In this document: positions 57,309 to 64,000 of the stretch, one piece after another
Layout of the letters: the number at the start of each line of letters is the position of its first letter
How positions within the stretch are numbered: the first letter of the stretch is position 1
NCBI GenBank assembly: GCA_013152925.1
Contig: JAADFK010000101.1
Coordinates: forward strand, 2,336-66,335
DNA length: 64,000 bases
Direction of reading: 5' to 3'
Origin: Acidobacteriota bacterium
GTDB taxonomy: Bacteria > Acidobacteriota > Thermoanaerobaculia > Thermoanaerobaculales > Sulfomarinibacteraceae
Notes under the pieces: generated by a model
What the model was told of the DNA's origin: nothing
Database searches by the model: none
What the model saw: the letters and a program-made list of their open reading frames with translations, nothing else
Made by a program: the position numbers and the translations under genes

Positions 57309-58190
57309 ATGCGCAACGTCCCGATGTCCATCGTGATCGTTACAACCATCATGTGGCTGGTATCTTCAGCGGGCAACGCCCAGGAGAAGAGCGAATCGTT
57401 CATCCTCCCCGTTGTCGCCCACACCACGGGGGCCGGCAACCCGCCTACCCGGTGGGTCAGCGATGTGGTCCTCCACAACCTGGAGAACACCAAGATCACC
57501 GTCGGCATGGCGTACTTTCCCTTCGAGCACACCAACGGCTGGGACGGCACCTTCCCCGTGCAGCTTCATCTCGAGGCACGGGAGACCCGCCTCGTGGAGG
57601 ACGTTCTCGGAAACCTGTTCCACGAGACCACCAACACCAAGGGCATGCTCCTGATCTCCGCCGAGCAGGGATCCTTCCCCGCCAATCCCGCCCATCCCGA
57701 GCTGCTCCTCGCCAGCCGGACCTACAACACGGGAAGCCCCGCTGGCACCTATGGCCAGACCGTCCCCTCCAACGGGCTCCTCGCGAACGTCTCGGCCACG
57801 CCCTCCTACATCACGGGCGCCCGGAACGACGGACGCTTCCGCTCCAGCCTCGGGATCGTCAACATCTCCCTGCATCCGATCACCGTCCACTACAAGATCC
57901 TCGACGCCAGCGGGAAGGTGCTGAAGGAGAGCAGCGTCGATCTCCGGACCGCCTCGGGCTGGCAACGACTCTTTACCAGTCTCGGCATCGGAAAGGTCAC
58001 CGGTCCCATGACGGTCGAGCTCTGGCTCGATCCCTCGGACGTGGCGTCGGACCCTTGCGGCACCGAGGATGCCTCCCGTTTTTGGGCCTACGTCTCCAAG
58101 GTCGATGGGAATCCGGACGGAACGGGCGATGCCGAGTTCCTGCCCGCCGTGGATGTGCCACCGGCGGACTACTCCTGCGACGAGGATTGA
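57309..58190 (+). CDS. hypothetical secreted protein
   Basis: Signal peptide MRNVPMSIVIVTTIMWLVSSAGNAQE, then LPVVAHTTGAGNPPTRWVSDVVLHN and a beta-rich body. No known domain recognised. Confidence 0.7.
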   Translation: MRNVPMSIVIVTTIMWLVSSAGNAQEKSESFILPVVAHTTGAGNPPTRWVSDVVLHNLENTKITVGMAYFPFEHTNGWDGTFPVQLHLEARETRLVEDVLGNLFHETTNTKGMLLISAEQGSFPANPAHPELLLASRTYNTGSPAGTYGQTVPSNGLLANVSATPSYITGARNDGRFRSSLGIVNISLHPITVHYKILDASGKVLKESSVDLRTASGWQRLFTSLGIGKVTGPMTVELWLDPSDVASDPCGTEDASRFWAYVSKVDGNPDGTGDAEFLPAVDVPPADYSCDED

Positions 58191-58390
58191 CCGCCGGCCG
58201 GATCTTCCCGACGACACCGTCCTCCCGGGCCAGCCGCCCCGCGGGCAGCGGGGAAAGGCCTCCCTTGCGTTGCGATGAAAATTGCCGCCGAATCCGGGTA
58301 CAATTGAAACGAGGCAAGATCGTGCGAGCGAAACCCGAGGCTGTGCCATCCGGACGGCAGGAGGCCAAGGCGGAACCCTTGACTTCCAAC

Positions 58391-59209
58391 ATGGAGATCG
58401 CGCTTGAGCCGCAACCCGTCCACGGTGCCGCCATCGTCACGGGCGGCGGCACCGGGCTCGGCCTGGCCATCGCCAGGGAAATGGCGCGGCGCGGCTATCC
58501 CGTCGTGATCGCCAGCCGAAACCTGGAACGCCTGGAGGCTGCGGCCGAGGAGCTCCTCGAGGCGGGTCACCGTGCCCTGGCCGTGCGGTGCGATGTTCGC
58601 GATCCGGCGGCGGTGGGGCGCCTCTTCGACGAAACCGTCGCGGCGTTCCACTTCGTCGAGGCGCTCGTCAACAACGCGGCCGGGAACTTTGTCGTCCGGG
58701 CCGAGGAGATCACCGATGGCGGCTGGGAATCGGTTCGCGGCATCGTCCTAGACGGCACCTTCAACTGCTCCCGCGAGGCGGGCCGGCGCATGCAGGAGCG
58801 GGGCGGCGCCATCCTCAACATCATCGCCACCTACGCCTGGACCGGCGCCACGGGCGTCGTCCACTCGGCCTCGGCCAAGGGTGGCGTCCTTGCCATGACC
58901 CGTTCCCTCGCCCGCGAGTGGGCCCCCTTCGGCATCCGGGTCAACGCCCTTGCTCCCGGCATCGTCGTGACGGACAACGCCGCCCGCAACCTGGGTTTCG
59001 CCGACCCTGCAGTCCAGGCCCGCCTGGCGGCACGCGTTCCCCTGCGCCGTCTGGCCACCGCCCGGGAGATCGCCGTCCTGGCCGCCGACCTGGCCTCGGA
59101 CCGCCATCCCTACGTCACCGGTGATTGCTGGATCATCGATGGCGGCCTCTGGCTCGCCGGCTTCCCCGACCTCCGCCGCGCCCTCGACGCCGTCCGGGAG
59201 CACGACTAG
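58391..59209 (+). CDS. SDR-family oxidoreductase (dienoyl-CoA-reductase-like subgroup)
   Basis: AAIVTGGGTGLGLAIA, NNAAGNF, SASKGGVLAMTRSLAREWAPFGIRVNALAPG. The ATG at 58391 lies inside track ORF 57293-59209, whose first part is an alternate frame of the previous gene. Confidence 0.9.
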   Translation: MEIALEPQPVHGAAIVTGGGTGLGLAIAREMARRGYPVVIASRNLERLEAAAEELLEAGHRALAVRCDVRDPAAVGRLFDETVAAFHFVEALVNNAAGNFVVRAEEITDGGWESVRGIVLDGTFNCSREAGRRMQERGGAILNIIATYAWTGATGVVHSASAKGGVLAMTRSLAREWAPFGIRVNALAPGIVVTDNAARNLGFADPAVQARLAARVPLRRLATAREIAVLAADLASDRHPYVTGDCWIIDGGLWLAGFPDLRRALDAVREHD

Positions 59210-59257
59210 AGCCCGCAGGGAAATCCGCCATTACGTCTTGCTCCCACACTCCGTGAC

Positions 59258-61048
59258 CGGTTCAGCCCCGCGTGTGCGGGGAACTCTTTCGCAATGCCAT
59301 CTCTAAATTTCATGCCACTGGTTCAGCCCCGCGTGTGCGGGGAACTCACCATCGACCCCCAACTCCTGATTTACGCCGACGGTTCAGCCCCGCGTGTGCG
59401 GGGAACTCAAAGACGAAGATGGTGTCACCACAGAGCTGGTCGGTTCAGCCCCGCGTGTGCGGGGAACTCGCCGGATGAGGCGTTCAAGCACGCTCAGAGG
59501 GCGGTTCAGCCCCGCGTGTGCGGGGAACTCGTTACACTTGTGGCGCGTTTTCTGTGGCGCGTTGGTTCAGCCCCGCGTGTGCGGGGAACTCCGCGACGCT
59601 GCGGCGTGGCTGATGAATGGTTCCGGTTCAGCCCCGCGTGTGCGGGGAACTCGATCCAATACGCCTGGAGAGCCCTATCCTGACCGGTTCAGCCCCGCGT
59701 GTGCGGGGAACTCGTGACGGTATCCACCTGTCCGCACAGTTCACACGGTTCAGCCCCGCGTGTGCGGGGAACTCTCCTACTCGCTGGCCGCCGGGGACAT
59801 TGCCTACGGTTCAGCCCCGCGTGTGCGGGGAACTCGCAAGCAGATCCACAAGGACCTGCGCGATAAGCGGTTCAGCCCCGCGTGTGCGGGGAACTCCATC
59901 GTCCCGCCCGAGTCGGATCTGTAACTAGCGGTTCAGCCCCGCGTGTGCGGGGAACTCCTTGCTTCATTAGAGGCGGATGTAAATGTAGCCGGTTCAGCCC
60001 CGCGTGTGCGGGGAACTCAATCGCGGCGACCTCAACAACGCGGCGCTTCACGGTTCAGCCCCGCGTGTGCGGGGAACTCGGCGATCCAGGGGCCGTGGGG
60101 CTTCTCCCCAGCGGTTCAGCCCCGCGTGTGCGGGGAACTCGCGGTCCCGATATGAATGGCGCGACCGCAATGCGGTTCAGCCCCGCGTGTGCGGGGAACT
60201 CCAGTCGGTGTTCCGCATGATTGAGGCTTCCAGCGGTTCAGCCCCGCGTGTGCGGGGAACTCAGCAACCACGCAAGGCCAACGACCAACGTGGTCGGTTC
60301 AGCCCCGCGTGTGCGGGGAACTCACCTAATTCCAATCGGTCTACAATAAACCGGCCGGTTCAGCCCCGCGTGTGCGGGGAACTCCTCAGCCCCGACGGCC
60401 TCCAGGGCTACTCCCCCGGTTCAGCCCCGCGTGTGCGGGGAACTCATCCTCGGTGACGCTCCCCTGGACGGGGTTCAGCCCCGCGTGTGCGGGGAACTCC
60501 AATAGAGAGCGATGGCAGCGGCCAATGTTGACGGTTCAGCCCCGCGTGTGCGGGGAACTCTCCAGTACTACCAGAGCAAGTATCAGAAGCTCCGGTTCAG
60601 CCCCGCGTGTGCGGGGAACTCCTCGGACGTGGACGGCCGATGACCGTCCAGTCCGGTTCAGCCCCGCGTGTGCGGGGAACTCACCGTTACGGCCTCGGAT
60701 CCACTCAGCGCCACCGGTTCAGCCCCGCGTGTGCGGGGAACTCCTCGGAAGCTGTGCCACCAAACACTACTGAAACGGTTCAGCCCCGCGTGTGCGGGGA
60801 ACTCGCTGGTCCTCCTCTTGTGTTTGGTGTCCTTGCCGGTTCAGCCCCGCGTGTGCGGGGAACTCCAGGTTCTTCCCGAACTCCAGAGGGTCGCTTCCGG
60901 TTCAGCCCCGCGTGTGCGGGGAACTCTGAAACGTGATGAACAGCTGCGGGTTCCCAGTCGGTTCAGCCCCGCGTGTGCGGGGAACTCCATGGCCTTAAGG
61001 CGAACGAACGATTCCGTTACGGTTCAGCCCCGCGTGTGCGGGGAACTC
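59258..61048 (-). CRISPR. type I-E CRISPR array, 30 repeats / 29 spacers, transcribed on the minus strand
   Basis: 28-nt core GGTTCAGCCCCGCGTGTGCGGGGAACTC starts at 59259 and recurs every 61 nt (one 54-nt step at 60418 to 60472) up to 61021. I checked every unit by hand. The reverse complement GAGTTCCCCGCACACGCGGGGCTGAACCG matches the E. coli I-E repeat layout. cas2 and the leader lie at the high-coordinate end. Confidence 0.97.
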
Positions 61049-61163
61049 TGTTCTTGGATCCTATTGTAATCCCTGTCGGTTGGGAGGGCGGCCGGGGTGT
61101 ACCAGTTGAAAACCGGAACGATTCGTTATTCGGTAGCTCCGGTCCGCCTTCTGGTTTTGGTTG
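61049..61163 (-). promoter_or_regulatory. CRISPR leader
   Basis: 115-bp, comparatively AT-rich segment between the cas2 stop (61164) and the first repeat (61048). This is the position of the leader in canonical I-E loci. Confidence 0.6.
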
Positions 61164-62379
<1,216 letters not shown>

Positions 62380-62497
62380 TATGCGTCCGGCCGGAAAACA
62401 GCCAGCGCCACGAGCGATGGATCGTCCCTGACTCGGCTGTGGTAACGGCGGTCGGCCGTCACGAACAGCCCGCCATACACACGGATTGTACACATCC

Positions 62498-63169
62498 TCA
62501 TGATCCCGCTCTCCTGACGAGCAGCAATCCACAGCCAAACGCCTTGGAAGGTCCGACGCCGGTGAACAGGGTTTCGACGAACCGTTCGGGATCGGTGACG
62601 GCCAGCAGGCCCTCCATGTCCACCGTGCTGAAGCGTACGGGGCTCCCGCGACGCGTCAGGCGGTGCTGCCGGTAGCCATCGCAGCGCACCATGCGGGAAT
62701 CCACGGCAAAGCCGAGCCCGTGCGCGCGAGATCGGAGCCACGCCGCTCCGGCCTCCTGGATGATGTGGGCCATGGGAACCGCCTCGTCGGGGTGTTCTTC
62801 TTTGAAGCGCCGCTTGGCGTCCATCACCACATCGTCCCGGCGCTGCCGCCCGTCCTGCCTTCTCCGGCGGACCACGGGGTTCGCCCGGAGGGAGAATGCC
62901 AGACGCTGTCCCACGGCAAAGCCGGGCTCGTAGGGTTTCGTCTCGACGATCCACGCCGGCGAAGGGCTGGCGGGTTCCACGGGAGACACCACCAGGAAGG
63001 ACGGCCGGCCGGCCCGCTCGATCCTGCGAAAGAGAAAGGAGCGCTCGCTGTTCTCGGGCGAAAAAAAGCTCCAGATCAGCTTGTGATCGCCGTAGGCGTC
63101 CGCCCCTGCGACGGCCGCAAGGTCGCGGAGACCCGCCAGCGGCGAGAGGGTGATGCGGCTCATGAACAT
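62498..63169 (-). CDS. cas6e: CRISPR RNA endoribonuclease Cas6e (CasE/Cse3)
   Basis: MFMSRITLSP...HKLIWSFF...RLAFSLRANPV...FTGVGPSKAFGCGLLLV, the CasE C-terminal glycine-rich motif. Gene order is cas5e-cas6e-cas1. Confidence 0.85.
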   Translation of the reverse strand: MFMSRITLSPLAGLRDLAAVAGADAYGDHKLIWSFFSPENSERSFLFRRIERAGRPSFLVVSPVEPASPSPAWIVETKPYEPGFAVGQRLAFSLRANPVVRRRRQDGRQRRDDVVMDAKRRFKEEHPDEAVPMAHIIQEAGAAWLRSRAHGLGFAVDSRMVRCDGYRQHRLTRRGSPVRFSTVDMEGLLAVTDPERFVETLFTGVGPSKAFGCGLLLVRRAGS

Positions 63170-63945
63170 GGCGTCACCTCCGGCGGCAACGGTGCGTGGT
63201 GCTCGAGCCGTGGCCGGAACTGCCAACGCGCCCGGGAGACCGGGTCATCCCACCGTTCGGCGGAATCCTGCGGCGGAATCCCCACATCCATCCCGGCCTC
63301 CCAGTGGAGCGAACGCCGAGATCGATCCCCTGAACGTCTCTTTGGGTTTGGTCTCCGAGACAGCTTCAGCGATTCGAATCGAAGGCCTTCCAGCGCGCGA
63401 AGAAGATCCGGCGCCTCCACGACCCTCGGTTCCAGGGGCAGCGAGGGCGGGCACGACTTGCGCCCGAGGAAGAGGCACAGACGCGGCGCCAGGAGGGCCT
63501 CCCGCAGCGCATCAAGCGGAAAAGGCGCATCGCCGGTGGCCTCCTGGATGCCCACCACCCATCGCCCGTCACATCGGTAGTCCCGGGAGGAGAGGATGGC
63601 CTCGCCGCCCTTGCCTTTCGTCTGGCGGCTCCAGCGGATGACGGCGAGCTCGTCCCGGCGGGTTCGGAGTTGCCACCCCTTGGTCTCGGTACTGGAGGGC
63701 ACCTGGGTCGTGTGGTAGTCGCGAAGCAGCTCGCCGGGATCGCAGGTCACGACGGCCACACGATACCCGGCGGCCAACTCACGCTGGCGGTCCTCCTCCG
63801 CCCGCCGGATGCCCAGCGCCGAGGCCAGGATGCCCAGCACCGCCGAGCGGGAGGGGTGGAGTGCCGAGTGCCGGTCCTCGCCAATGGCGATCTCGCCCCA
63901 CGAGGCCAGCGGCCCGGCAAGTTGGAAGAGAAGAAACCGTGCCAT
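63160..63945 (-). CDS. cas5e: Cascade subunit Cas5e (CasD)
   Basis: MARFLLFQLAGPLASWGEIAIGEDRHSALHPSRSAVLGILASALGIRR...FLGRKSCPPSLPL parallels the E. coli CasD N-terminal and central blocks. Start trimmed from 63981. Confidence 0.85.
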   Translation of the reverse strand: MARFLLFQLAGPLASWGEIAIGEDRHSALHPSRSAVLGILASALGIRRAEEDRQRELAAGYRVAVVTCDPGELLRDYHTTQVPSSTETKGWQLRTRRDELAVIRWSRQTKGKGGEAILSSRDYRCDGRWVVGIQEATGDAPFPLDALREALLAPRLCLFLGRKSCPPSLPLEPRVVEAPDLLRALEGLRFESLKLSRRPNPKRRSGDRSRRSLHWEAGMDVGIPPQDSAERWDDPVSRARWQFRPRLEHHAPLPPEVTPCS

Positions 63946-63949
63946 GGCC

Positions 63950-64000
63950 CTACCCCGCCACGAAGTCGAGCAGTTCCGCAATGGTACCCGTGCCCTCCAC
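63950..64000 (-). CDS. cas7e: Cascade subunit Cas7e (CasC), last 16 codons only (5' part beyond the window end)
   Basis: Reverse strand reads VEGTGTIAELLDFVAG* with the stop at 63952-63950, 4 nt before the cas5e start. Identity is inferred from the invariant I-E gene order, not from the 16 residues. Confidence 0.5.
   Translation of the reverse strand: MEGTGTIAELLDFVAG

Noticed and set aside
59272-61069. Series of 100-150-aa ORFs with recurring SAPRVRGT / FSPACAGNS / VQPRVCGEL peptides
   Set aside because: These are translations of the CRISPR repeat in three frames. The periodic peptides arise from the 61-nt repeat unit, not from genes.
61078-61104. Possible degenerate 31st CRISPR repeat inside the leader (GGTTGGGAGGGCGGCCGGGGTGTACC)
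   Set aside because: It shares only GGTT and a few Gs with the repeat and lies 57 rather than 61 nt from the last core. A degenerate unit is expected at the trailer end, not the leader end.

Overview
High-GC chromosomal segment from a diderm bacterium. The gene content has an Acidobacteria- or Deltaproteobacteria-like flavour, but the taxon cannot be proven from this window. Most of it is ordinary core genome, with tightly packed and often 4-nt-overlapping genes. Recognisable core genes: LysR/SDR pair, SWIM-SNF2 helicase plus macro domain, pepA, a large propeller-GGDEF sensor, def, a dnaJ-like gene, ribH-nusB, mlaEFD, hppA, pth-rplY-prs-tRNA-Gln-spoVG, long-form hutU, two ABC exporter halves, malQ, mutY, an ECF sigma with an NrsF-like anti-sigma, and a POT transporter. 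Four parts stand out. (1) Positions 1-6000 are visibly AT-shifted (27 of 60 G+C in the line starting 4801, against 49 of 60 in the line starting 10081). This stretch carries remnants of three unrelated transposases, an orphan secreted protein, and an unrecognisable membrane-protein plus large-protein pair that runs off the left edge. (2) At 23.6-32.9 kb a Ser/Thr kinase is translationally coupled to a minimal exosortase-like protein and its membrane partner. It faces an FHA-domain enhancer-binding-type regulator with degenerate ATPase and sigma-54 motifs, followed by a DUF4388/GAF protein and a transglutaminase-like protein chained onto ribH-nusB. (3) A young tandem repeat of about 91 bp (3.5 copies) sits in the spoVG/hutU divergent promoter region. 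(4) The right end holds the 3' half of a type I-E CRISPR-Cas locus on the minus strand (cas7e tail, cas5e, cas6e, cas1, cas2, leader) with a 30-repeat array. Many long ORFs in the track are antisense or alternate-frame artefacts of the high G+C and were rejected. No rRNA was seen, and tRNA-Gln is the only RNA gene I could support.
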